This document shows positions 1 to 7,434 of a stretch of DNA of 64,000 bases, in pieces. The stretch spans positions 1 through 64,000 of IMG/VR virus record IMGVR_UViG_3300018878_000121. One strand, 5' to 3'. A program made the position numbers and the translations under genes. Every line of letters starts with the position of its first letter. Position 1 is the stretch's first letter. The notes beneath the pieces were generated by a model. That model ran no database searches. It saw nothing but the letters and a program-made list of their open reading frames with translations, and was not told the DNA's origin. Source of the stretch: an uncultured virus (IMG/VR IMGVR_UViG_3300018878_000121) (taxonomy: Duplodnaviria; Heunggongvirae; Uroviricota; Caudoviricetes).

Positions 1-196
1 CAGAAAAAAATAAAAAATGTGTAATAAAAATTTTTTCTACTTTTCTTACTCTGTAGTCGCTGTTACTTCAAATAAGTCTCGCACTACACTAAACCCGCCT
101 ACCATCAGAAAAGCCTTTTATTACACATTTCCCAATTTATTTACTTGTATTTTCTTGAAACTATTAAGATTTTTTTTAATAATAGCTCAGAATTTT

Positions 197-283
197 TGGT
201 GCGCCGAGTTGGACTTGAACCAACGAAGCCAAAACTGGCGGCGGGTTTACAGCCCGCAGCAATTGCCACTATGCGACCGACGC
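197..283 (-). tRNA. tRNA-Tyr(GTA)
   Basis: Cloverleaf; anticodon arm GCGGG-CTGTAAA-CCCGC, long variable arm, GTTCAAG T-loop, encoded CCA. Confidence 0.93.
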
Positions 284-339
284 ATATAAGATAATAGTTT
301 AGGGTTAAAGTCACGGCGAACTCTATCAAACATTGACTC

Positions 340-462
340 TGGTGGGGACTGAAGGATTCAAACCTTCAAACACGTGCTCCTAATGCAAAAAGAAAAATTG
401 CTGACAAGACTTAAACAAGACTCACTTATAAACGCGGCTATATCAATTTTGCCTAAGTCCCC
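340..462 (-). tRNA. tRNA-Leu(TAG)-like gene interrupted by a ~45-nt insert carrying the CAGCAA clamp
   Basis: Acceptor GGGGACT/AGTCCCC-ACCA, Leu-type D arm, T arm GAAGG/CCTTC; removing ~387-431 gives anticodon arm CGTGC-ATTAGGA-GCACG. Confidence 0.7.
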
Positions 463-562
463 ATAATAAAGTTTTTTATACTAGACTTTAAACTAGTCAG
501 TTTTAAAGAAAAACTATAACTTTATTGATAATTATACATACTCTACCCAGCGAATTACCAAA

Positions 563-637
563 TGGCTGCGGTGGTAGGATTCGGACCTACGAATGGAGGC
601 TTCAAAGACCTCAGTCTTACCACTTGACGACACCGCA
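563..637 (-). tRNA. tRNA-Gln(TTG)
   Basis: TGCGGTG/CACCGCA acceptor, G73, CCA; anticodon loop CTTTGAA. Confidence 0.93.
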
Positions 638-650
638 TTATTTAATTTAT

Positions 651-726
651 TGGTGGAGCTGATGGGAATTGAACCCATGACCTATAGCTTGCAAAGCTAT
701 TGCTCTCCCAACTGAGCTACAGCCCC
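651..726 (-). tRNA. tRNA-Ala(TGC)
   Basis: GGGGCTG/CAGCTCC-ACCA with G3:U70; loop TTTGCAA. Confidence 0.96.
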
Positions 727-731
727 ATATC

Positions 732-847
732 AAGACACATTTTTTTATATTGCTTCACCCATTAAGCTATTTATCAAATTAAGTGGCTGATAAAATCGGA
801 CTTGAACCGATACTACATATAATATGTATAATTGCTGAATGTGTCTT
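732..847 (-). ncRNA. Circularly permuted tRNA-like gene inside CAGCAA clamp (anticodon possibly CAT)
   Basis: Order on minus strand: AAGACACATT-CAGCAA, T arm ATCGG-TTCAAGT-CCGAT, TTTATCA-G-CCA, linker, TGATAAA, D arm, AATGTGTCTT. Confidence 0.75.
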
Positions 848-858
848 TATTTAAATTA

Positions 859-1068
859 TTAAATTTCTATATACGCAATCGCGCAATCACAATTACTTAC
901 ATACTCACGAATTTGTTCTGCTGGGTCTTCTGGGTCCAGCCCTTCCCAACATTTCTCTCTGCCTCTAAGATATTTACACAATGCCTCTGATGGATTATCA
1001 GCTACAATTTTTTGAATATCAAGAAGATAATCAAAAAAATCAATAAAACTAACTACATAAGTTTTCAT
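859..1068 (-). CDS. hypothetical protein
   Basis: ORF downstream of a TTGA..TATAAT promoter and purine-rich RBS. Confidence 0.6.
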   Translation of the reverse strand: MKTYVVSFIDFFDYLLDIQKIVADNPSEALCKYLRGREKCWEGLDPEDPAEQIREYVSNCDCAIAYIEI

Positions 1069-1147
1069 AAATCATAATCTCTCTTTCTTTATTTTCTATA
1101 TATATTATATCATATTTTTTTATAAAAATCAAATTAAGATTTTTAAC

Positions 1148-1274
1148 TAGACATTTTTAAAGAAAACATTTTCCAGATGTTCGCGTATACCAATACCGCC
1201 TGAAGCCCTACTTTTGACGGGCTACTTGGGATTTGAACCCAAATCTTCTAAGAAGAAATTGCTGTAAATATCTA
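1148..1274 (-). ncRNA. Circularly permuted tRNA-Ser(GGA) inside CAGCAA clamp, break in variable arm
   Basis: T arm TTGGG-TTCAAAT-CCCAA, GTAGCCC-G, linker, GGGCTTC, D arm, intact anticodon arm AACAT-CTGGAAA-ATGTT; clamp TAGATATTT/AAATGTCTA. Confidence 0.78.
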
Positions 1275-1319
1275 TAAGAAATAAACTTAATCAATTATAT
1301 AAGAAAGGAGTAATGAACC

Positions 1320-1482
1320 TAGACTTCAAAAAACTATAACGATTATGCCAGTAAATAACCTCGTTTGTTTTTCATTATATAATTATTTACTATAGGCTTA
1401 CATTTCTCTATTAAATTAAAAGAAAAATACCAGTATAAGAATTTAAAATTCTGTATCTTGTTTATATTGCTGAAGAAGTCTA
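1320..1482 (-). ncRNA. CAGCAA clamp element with non-tRNA cargo
   Basis: TAGACTTC-TTCAGCAA ... GAAGTCTA. Confidence 0.5.
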
Positions 1483-1485
1483 AAA

Positions 1486-1561
1486 TGGTCGGAGTGACAG
1501 GATTTGAACCTGCGGCATCTTGGTCCCAAACCAAGCGCTCTACCAACTGAGCCACACCCCG
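1486..1561 (-). tRNA. tRNA-Pro(TGG)
   Basis: CGGGGTG/CACTCCG-ACCA; loop TTTGGGA. Confidence 0.95.
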
Positions 1562-1679
1562 ATAAACGCAGGCTTAACGGGCTTTTTTGCGCAAACGCAT
1601 TATCCTTCCTGCTAACGTGGGTGAATTTTTATTTCTTTCACCTTAGAAAGAGAGTTTATTCTTAGCTACTCACAAACTT

Positions 1680-1756
1680 TGGTAGTCCAGCTGAGATTCG
1701 GACTCAGGACCTCCCGATTATCGGTCGGGTGCGCTAGCCAACTGCGCCACTGAACT
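1680..1756 (-). tRNA. tRNA-Ile(GAT)
   Basis: Cloverleaf; arm CCCGA-CCGATAA-TCGGG (C33), ACCA end. Confidence 0.88.
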
Positions 1757-1759
1757 AAA

Positions 1760-1834
1760 TGGCGGTCCTGCGGAGAATTGAACTCCGGTTACCAATGTGA
1801 CAGACTGGTGTAATAACCACTATACGACAAGACC
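1760..1834 (-). tRNA. tRNA-Asp(GTC)
   Basis: Loop CTGTCAC, G73, CCA. Confidence 0.93.
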
Positions 1835-1840
1835 ATTTAC

Positions 1841-1915
1841 AAGACGGAATTTTAATAGCTACTTTAATTCCCAAAATTAATGCTTCTAAAAAAATAAATT
1901 TGCTGAATCCGTCTT
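1841..1915 (-). ncRNA. CAGCAA clamp enclosing an isolated anticodon-arm-like hairpin (TGG)
   Basis: AAGACGGA-TTCAGCAA ... TTAAT-TTTGGGA-ATTAA ... TCCGTCTT; directly downstream of a promoter. Confidence 0.6.
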
Positions 1916-1959
1916 TTTTATTTTCTATATATATATTATATCATATTTTTTTTAAAATG

Positions 1960-2820
1960 TCAAATTGTAGTTATAAAAGCTTGATAACCTTTTGCTTTCA
2001 AATCATTTACAACTTTTCCAGCGTTATTCTTTATAGAATAAGCCCCAACTTGAATTTTATAATATCCATTAATTTTTCTAATGTATGCTCTTCCATAACC
2101 AGCATTTATTGTGTCTGGTAAAGAAATGATTTTTTCTAAAAATGCTTCTGCCAAATGTTTCTTTGAAAAAGCACCAAGTTGAACACGATAAATTGTTTTT
2201 GGTTTTAAATAGATTGCGACCACATTATCAACAGCTCTATTATACCAAGCTGATGTAATTGATTTACCATCGTGTAGAATCTTGGTACTACCTCCACCAT
2301 CAAGGTTGATAGCATAAGTTACCCCCAATTGTAATAAAAATGATTGAAGTTGAGCAAAATTCATTCCAGGAGACTCTACAGCTATAACATACACATTATC
2401 ATGATTATATGCTAAAACAGTACGTCTTGCTTTATAATTAATTTCAGCTCCGGCAGTAATTGAAACCTTTTTTCCATTTTCAATCAATACTGGATAAGCA
2501 CTAATAAAATCTGTAAAAGGTAATTTACCTAAAGTTCCATAAGTAAGAGAACCATTTACAATTCCCATACCTTCATTAAATTCTGAATTTGTACTAATTA
2601 TTTCACCATCATCTTGATAATTAAAACAAGTAGTTCCATCAGCCATAGAAAAAAATCCACCATTACAAATAATCGCAGGTTTTACTTCACAAGCATCATA
2701 ATACTTGCTTAAAGTTTGCCAAGGCTGGGCGCACAAATCCATATCAATTGTTTGAATTTCATCTTTTGGAATTTCAACAACTGTGATATACTTAAAATTG
2801 CTTGGATTATAAATTTTCAT
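1960..2820 (-). CDS. Phosphodiester glycosidase (NAGPA-like) with C-terminal SPOR peptidoglycan-binding domain
   Basis: NGGFF, RT, and AINLDGGGST motifs; C-terminal YRVQLGAFS...YKIQVGAYS repeats. Confidence 0.85.
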   Translation of the reverse strand: MKIYNPSNFKYITVVEIPKDEIQTIDMDLCAQPWQTLSKYYDACEVKPAIICNGGFFSMADGTTCFNYQDDGEIISTNSEFNEGMGIVNGSLTYGTLGKLPFTDFISAYPVLIENGKKVSITAGAEINYKARRTVLAYNHDNVYVIAVESPGMNFAQLQSFLLQLGVTYAINLDGGGSTKILHDGKSITSAWYNRAVDNVVAIYLKPKTIYRVQLGAFSKKHLAEAFLEKIISLPDTINAGYGRAYIRKINGYYKIQVGAYSIKNNAGKVVNDLKAKGYQAFITTI

Positions 2821-2875
2821 TTTAATAACACCTTTCTTTAAAATATTTTTTCATAAATTAAAGAAAATTATTTAA

Positions 2876-2920
2876 AGATGACTGTTGGATTTGAACCAAC
2901 ATAAAAACTCCTTTGTCACC
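2876..2920 (-). ncRNA. tRNA minihelix-like remnant (acceptor + T arm only)
   Basis: GGTGAC/GTCATC stem and GTTGG-TTCAAAT-CCAAC; no D or anticodon arm. Confidence 0.45.
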
Positions 2921-2932
2921 ATATAAAAAGAT

Positions 2933-3160
2933 TTAAGCAAATCTTTTAGCAAAATTTAAAAAACTCTTAGGGTCTGCGCCATCAGATACTACAAGATTAA
3001 CTTTATGTCCAATCAATGTAAATAAAGCAAGCAAACTTCTCGCATCTACAATCGTAGAATCTGCGCTGACTTTAATATCATAATTTTGTTTAATAGCAGC
3101 TTCATTTAAATCCTTAGCTAATGAAACTGTCATTATTGAAATAGGATAAACCATTTTCAT
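2933..3160 (-). CDS. HPr-family phosphocarrier-like protein lacking His15
   Basis: 75 aa; VDARSLLALFTL resembles the HPr Ser46 signature. Confidence 0.7.
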   Translation of the reverse strand: MKMVYPISIMTVSLAKDLNEAAIKQNYDIKVSADSTIVDARSLLALFTLIGHKVNLVVSDGADPKSFLNFAKRFA

Positions 3161-3185
3161 CTTCCTTTCTCTAATTAATAATTAC

Positions 3186-3279
3186 AAGACTCTAATTCAA
3201 TAATTCAAAAATACCACACAGGAGGAAACCTACGCAACACAATTCAGAATAAAAATTTATAAATTGCTGTTTGAGTCTT
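3186..3279 (-). ncRNA. CAGCAA clamp element with hairpin cargo
   Basis: AAGACTC-AAACAGCAA ... GAGTCTT. Confidence 0.55.
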
Positions 3280-3281
3280 TT

Positions 3282-3357
3282 TGGTTCTCCCAACAGGAGT
3301 TGAACCTGTATCTCGCCCTTATAAGGAGCTTCCTCTAACCATTGAGCATATGGGAGA
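3282..3357 (-). tRNA. tRNA-Ile(TAT)
   Basis: TCTCCCA/TGGGAGA-ACCA; GCTC-CTTATAA-GGGC. Confidence 0.82.
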
Positions 3358-3507
3358 ATATTTGGGGTAGTTTTTACTGTAGCCTGCGGTTTCACTACCA
3401 AACCCAACTGAAACTCCACTATTCACCGCCCCATTAATGGGGTCTACCCGGCTCTAATAGCTTCAACGTTACGATAACACTCATAGTTGTTATCTTTTAG
3501 CGATCGC

Positions 3508-3585
3508 TGGGGTATCCTATGAGATTTGAACTCATGATTTCTTGAACCACAATCAAGCGTCTTAACCAACTAGACCAAGGACACC
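3508..3585 (-). tRNA. tRNA-His(GTG)
   Basis: G-1:C73, loop TTGTGGT, CCA. Confidence 0.94.
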
Positions 3586-3607
3586 ATAAGGGGAAATTAA
3601 TCCCCAA

Positions 3608-4753
3608 TTAAACCGCTTTAAAAGTTTTATTTTCATAAGTATCGCAACGATTTAAAATTATATATTCAAACTCTCTTTTACTATCTTTTTCTTTTTCTCG
3701 TTTAGCAACTTCTTTATCCATTCCCCAATAGTCATCATCATCAACACAAGGACGGATATGACTACCATCAATGCGCAAGCCACCATTTTTTTCATGAGTA
3801 AAATCACTGATATCAATTTCTATATCAATATATCTCTTATTTTTAAATGAAGAGGTATCTGCTAAACCTCTACAATAAATAACAGATTTTTCAGCAAGTA
3901 AATCAATAGAATAATGATAACCGCAAAATACTTCTCCAGTAGTAGAATAGGCAACAATATCATAATATACATTACCATCTCTACGAATATTTAAAAACTG
4001 TAAGGCATCATTAAAAGTTTCACCTTGATTAAGTTCAAACGCAATAGCACGAAGCAAATCATAGGTTACATTAGAAATATTAGAAAATCTAATTACATCA
4101 TCAATATAATGATGATATTCTGCCGCAAGCTTATCAGTAAGATATTCTCTAATTTCATCTGCTTCTGGAGCATTAACTGTAAAATGATAATGAAATCTAC
4201 CCGGCCTGTTAAGAAGATATGAACTAAGAGAATTTACATTATTACAAGTAATTACAAATAATTTCTTACCATTATTCATGCCATCAAATAAAGAAAGCAT
4301 TGCTTCTTGCGGATTAAAATTATCATCTCTACTTGCGCTTTGAAAATTCTTTTCAAATTCATCAAAAATAATTACGACTTCCTGCTCAATCGCCGCAAGG
4401 AATCCTTCAATACCAGGGATATAATCATTTACAAGAATTACAGGATATCCGCATTTTTGCGCTTTTTCAGCCAAAAGTCTAGCAAATAAGGATTTACCTA
4501 CACCTTTTTGACCACTCAGAATAAGACCAAGATTGCGGTTAAAACTTGAAAAAGAAGCAAGAACTTTACAAACTTTCTGGTCATGAGAACCATAAATCTT
4601 TTCTTCATTAGGGATAAGATTAGGTCTCTTGGAAAGAAAGAAACCAGTTTCTTTAGAAAAAGAAACATTATAAGATAAAGCCGGAAGATTTGTATAAGTT
4701 TTTACATCTTCACCATAAATTTGATAATTATTACCAAAATTTACTACATTCAT
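3608..4753 (-). CDS. AAA+ family ATPase
   Basis: Walker A GQKGVGKS, Walker B IIFDEFEK, sensor TCN, arginine finger NRPGRF. Confidence 0.92.
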   Translation of the reverse strand: MNVVNFGNNYQIYGEDVKTYTNLPALSYNVSFSKETGFFLSKRPNLIPNEEKIYGSHDQKVCKVLASFSSFNRNLGLILSGQKGVGKSLFARLLAEKAQKCGYPVILVNDYIPGIEGFLAAIEQEVVIIFDEFEKNFQSASRDDNFNPQEAMLSLFDGMNNGKKLFVITCNNVNSLSSYLLNRPGRFHYHFTVNAPEADEIREYLTDKLAAEYHHYIDDVIRFSNISNVTYDLLRAIAFELNQGETFNDALQFLNIRRDGNVYYDIVAYSTTGEVFCGYHYSIDLLAEKSVIYCRGLADTSSFKNKRYIDIEIDISDFTHEKNGGLRIDGSHIRPCVDDDDYWGMDKEVAKREKEKDSKREFEYIILNRCDTYENKTFKAV

Positions 4754-4909
4754 TTGTTTTACCTCTTCATAATAATTAAAAAGTTATCACTCTTTAAGAC
4801 TCTCTGATAACTGAACTACGAGATGTTTACTTGTTATATTACTTGTGCACTTTCATATAATTCGTCTGATTATACACCAGCTATATTAAACTTTCTCACA
4901 CTTGGTGTC

Positions 4910-4998
4910 TGGCGGAGGGGGTGGGATTTGAACCCACGGGAGGTTGCCCTCCGACGGTTTAGTAGACCGTTGCTTTCAGCCAGCTCAGCCACCCCTCC
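4910..4998 (-). tRNA. tRNA-Ser(ACT)
   Basis: GGAGGGG/CCCCTCC-G-CCA, long variable arm, arm ACGGT-CTACTAA-ACCGT. Confidence 0.9.
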
Positions 4999-5191
4999 AT
5001 ATAAAATATAAGAAGCTAAAGAGTAAAAAACGAATTTCTTTATCCACCTTAAAGAAATTTGGATGTAAAAACTCTCCTTAGCCGAAATAGTTTTTGTTTC
5101 CATACATTTAAATATATGGAAAAGGTAGTTCCCCGCAGCCAAATTCACCATATATCATATAAATTTGGATCCCTGTTTGCGGTTCTTTAAA

Positions 5192-5264
5192 TGGGCCCGG
5201 TCGGACGATTTGAACGTCGTCTTCGCCTTATGAGGGCGATAAGCTACCATTGCTCCACCACCGG
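5192..5264 (-). tRNA. tRNA with CAT anticodon (Met or Ile2), imperfect acceptor/T stems
   Basis: TCGCC-CTCATAA-GGCGA; GTTCAAAT loop; CCA. Confidence 0.75.
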
Positions 5265-5358
5265 AATATAATGGGCTTTAACCTTTCAGCCCTGTAGGAC
5301 ACATTGGCTTTTGTTTTCTTTTCTTGGCGGTACCTAATTTGTTTTATCATCCGCCCAC

Positions 5359-5434
5359 TGGCTCCCGGTGCTGGGCTTGAACCAGCGACATCATGATTAA
5401 CAGTCATGCGCTCTACCAACTGAGCTAACCGGGA
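5359..5434 (-). tRNA. tRNA-Asn(GTT)
   Basis: TCCCGGT/ACCGGGA-G-CCA; loop CTGTTAA. Confidence 0.96.
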
Positions 5435-5442
5435 ATATAAAC

Positions 5443-5552
5443 AAGACACATTAATCGCAAAATATTGGACTTGAACCAATTACTTTCAGAGTATCAGTCT
5501 GACGCTCTACCAAATGAGCTAATCTCGCTATGAGGTTTGCTGAATGTGTCTT
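5443..5552 (-). tRNA. tRNA-Ile(GAT)-like body (5456-5528, no CCA) enclosed by CAGCAA clamp
   Basis: AAGACACATT-CAGCAA, complete cloverleaf with TCAGA-CTGATAC-TCTGA, AATGTGTCTT. Confidence 0.78.
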
Positions 5553-5560
5553 TAAAATTT

Positions 5561-5794
5561 TTACATTACTACTCTTTGAACAAAAGGCTTTTTTGATATT
5601 TTACTAAACCTAGTTTTTTGATAAGAAGTTGTTATTGTATATAACCTTTCTGGTTTTATATTTCCAAATCTTCTAATAATATAAGCACCTTGTTTCATAT
5701 GTGAAGTTTTATGATCTATTTGAAATTTTGCCCATTGCAAAATTTCTAAACCATTAAACTGAGTTCCAGGCACATAACTTAAAATATTTCGCAT
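5561..5794 (-). CDS. hypothetical protein
   Basis: ORF with GAAGG RBS. Confidence 0.55.
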   Translation of the reverse strand: MRNILSYVPGTQFNGLEILQWAKFQIDHKTSHMKQGAYIIRRFGNIKPERLYTITTSYQKTRFSKISKKPFVQRVVM

Positions 5795-5819
5795 ATATAC
5801 CTTCTATTATAATTTTTAA

Positions 5820-5892
5820 TGGTTGCGGAGGGTGGTGTTGATCCACCGGAGTCCAGTTTATGAGACTGGATTGAAGACCGCTTCTCCCCGCC
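5820..5892 (-). tRNA. Atypical tRNA-Met(CAT), initiator-like 1:72 mismatch
   Basis: CCAGT-CTCATAA-ACTGG; G1:A72 mismatch; reduced D arm; T-loop ATCAACA; ACCA. Confidence 0.7.
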
Positions 5893-5976
5893 AGAAAGAG
5901 AGAGCCTTTTTCAGACTTGCTCAGGTCTTGAAAGAAAGTAAAACAATGAATTTATGAAAGTTGCGAATTCATCGCG

Positions 5977-6053
5977 TGGTAGTCCCGGCGGGACTTGAAC
6001 CCGCATTGTCGGCTTGAAGGGCCGGTGTTACTGACCTGTTAGACGACGAGACC
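5977..6053 (-). tRNA. tRNA-Glu(TTC)
   Basis: Loop CCTTCAA; GGTCTCG/CGGGACT-ACCA. Confidence 0.85.
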
Positions 6054-6057
6054 AAAT

Positions 6058-6207
6058 TTATTCATCAAAATTTTTATATTTTGATTTTCGTTTATAAGAA
6101 CCTTTACCTTTGCGCGCAGGAACTATATGATGCTGCCGCATTGTTTGTAAATATTCTTGTAACTCTTCTGGATTCTTCTTAAAAATACGCTTATTAATTT
6201 TCTTCAT
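6058..6207 (-). CDS. Small basic protein with ArfA-like KGKGSYxRK motif
   Basis: 49 aa from ATG at 6207 (GAGAGG RBS); RQHHIVPARKGKGSYKRKSKY. Confidence 0.6.
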   Translation of the reverse strand: MKKINKRIFKKNPEELQEYLQTMRQHHIVPARKGKGSYKRKSKYKNFDE

Positions 6208-6367
6208 TTTCAACCTCTCGTTTCCACATTTCAATAAGAACTTCATACATTTCATCGGACTGAATCTGGACAGAAAAATCATTAAACATATTTTATTTTC
6301 CTCTTTTCTTATTTTCTATAAATATTATAACATATTTTTTTAAAAATGTCAAGAAAAATTTTTTAAT

Positions 6368-6442
6368 TGGTTTCAATGATGGGATTTGAACCCATGACTC
6401 TCAAATTAAAAGTTTGATACTCTTCCACTGAGTTACATTGAA
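6368..6442 (-). tRNA. tRNA-Lys(TTT)
   Basis: TCAAA-CTTTTAA-TTTGA; ACCA. Confidence 0.92.
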
Positions 6443-6507
6443 TTATTTCTTTTTGATTTTCTATATATATTATATCATATTTTTTATAAAAAATCAAATT
6501 AAGATTT

Positions 6508-6753
6508 CTAAATTAAATGTTCATCTTTTTCAATCATATTAAACCATTCTTCTTTGACATGAACAAATGGTCCTTCAAAAAGCTGAATCTCTGCTTTAAC
6601 CAAATCATTTCCATAATATTCTTCAATTTGGAACATAGCGTCTTTAAAATCTTTAATATTTGTAAGAACAATGTAATCTACATTCTCTTCATTATCAATA
6701 GAATTATACCAGCTTATTTTACCAAGAGCGAAAAATTCATTCATAAATTTCAC
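6508..6753 (-). CDS. hypothetical protein
   Basis: Acidic ORF with AAAAGGTG RBS; ends in TAG followed two codons later by TAA. Confidence 0.6.
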   Translation of the reverse strand: MKFMNEFFALGKISWYNSIDNEENVDYIVLTNIKDFKDAMFQIEEYYGNDLVKAEIQLFEGPFVHVKEEWFNMIEKDEHLI

Positions 6754-6769
6754 CTTTTCAATAAATTAC

Positions 6770-6871
6770 AAAACACATTTTTTTGATATGGGACTTGAAC
6801 CCATGTTCTCACTGTTGCTGAGTGATGTCTTAACCGCTTGACAAATCATTTTATATTGCTGTATGCGTTTT
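6770..6871 (-). ncRNA. tRNA-like body (loop CAGCAAC, nominal GCA) with truncated acceptor inside CAGCAA clamp
   Basis: AAAACGCAT-ACAGCAA, D arm GTC..GAC, TCACT-CAGCAAC-AGTGA, T arm ATGGG/CCCAT, ATGTGTTTT. Confidence 0.68.
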
Positions 6872-6873
6872 TA

Positions 6874-6958
6874 TGGTGCTCGGAATGGGACTTGAACCCA
6901 TACGCCTTGCGGCAGGAGTTTTTGAGACTCCCATGTCTGCCGATTCCATCATCTGAGC
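6874..6958 (-). tRNA. tRNA-Leu(CAA)
   Basis: GGAGT-CTCAAAA-ACTCC, long variable arm, ACCA. Confidence 0.94.
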
Positions 6959-7434
6959 ATGAGCGTTTGATTTTTAGGAAAACAAAGGGCAACAAACCGC
7001 AACTTATATATAGTAATTAAATATGAAAGTTTGCGAACATATTTAATAAATCGCACTTTGGGTCAGCGCTAACCCACGCGGCATCACGTATTACTTTTAT
7101 ATAATCACGCTCTTATCAAAAGTAACAAAAATTTTAAGCAAGTTCCAGTGAATTCGCCCTTCCTTTGAGCTTGGTGCCGCCACATCCATGTCCTCAGATG
7201 CTGAATTTTCTTGGTTTATTCAGAAACCATACAATTTTTGTCACCGTTAAAAATTGCCAAAAAACGGAAGTATTTTTTTCCCTCTTTGTAAAAGATACTT
7301 AAAAAAATCAGTCTATCACATTTCTGGGGGTTGATGGTTTAATTTAATTATAACTTTTAATAAATTAAATTCTATAACTCTTATACAACTTAACCCAACC
7401 TTAACCGTGATAAATTTTAAGGATTTTAATTTAA

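Noticed and set aside
387..431. Group I/II or BHB-type tRNA intron
   Set aside because: Too short for self-splicing introns and no bulge-helix-bulge recognised; reported as clamp element instead
5270..5358. Hammerhead/pistol/twister ribozyme after tRNA-Asn
   Set aside because: Hairpins present but catalytic core consensus not matched by eye
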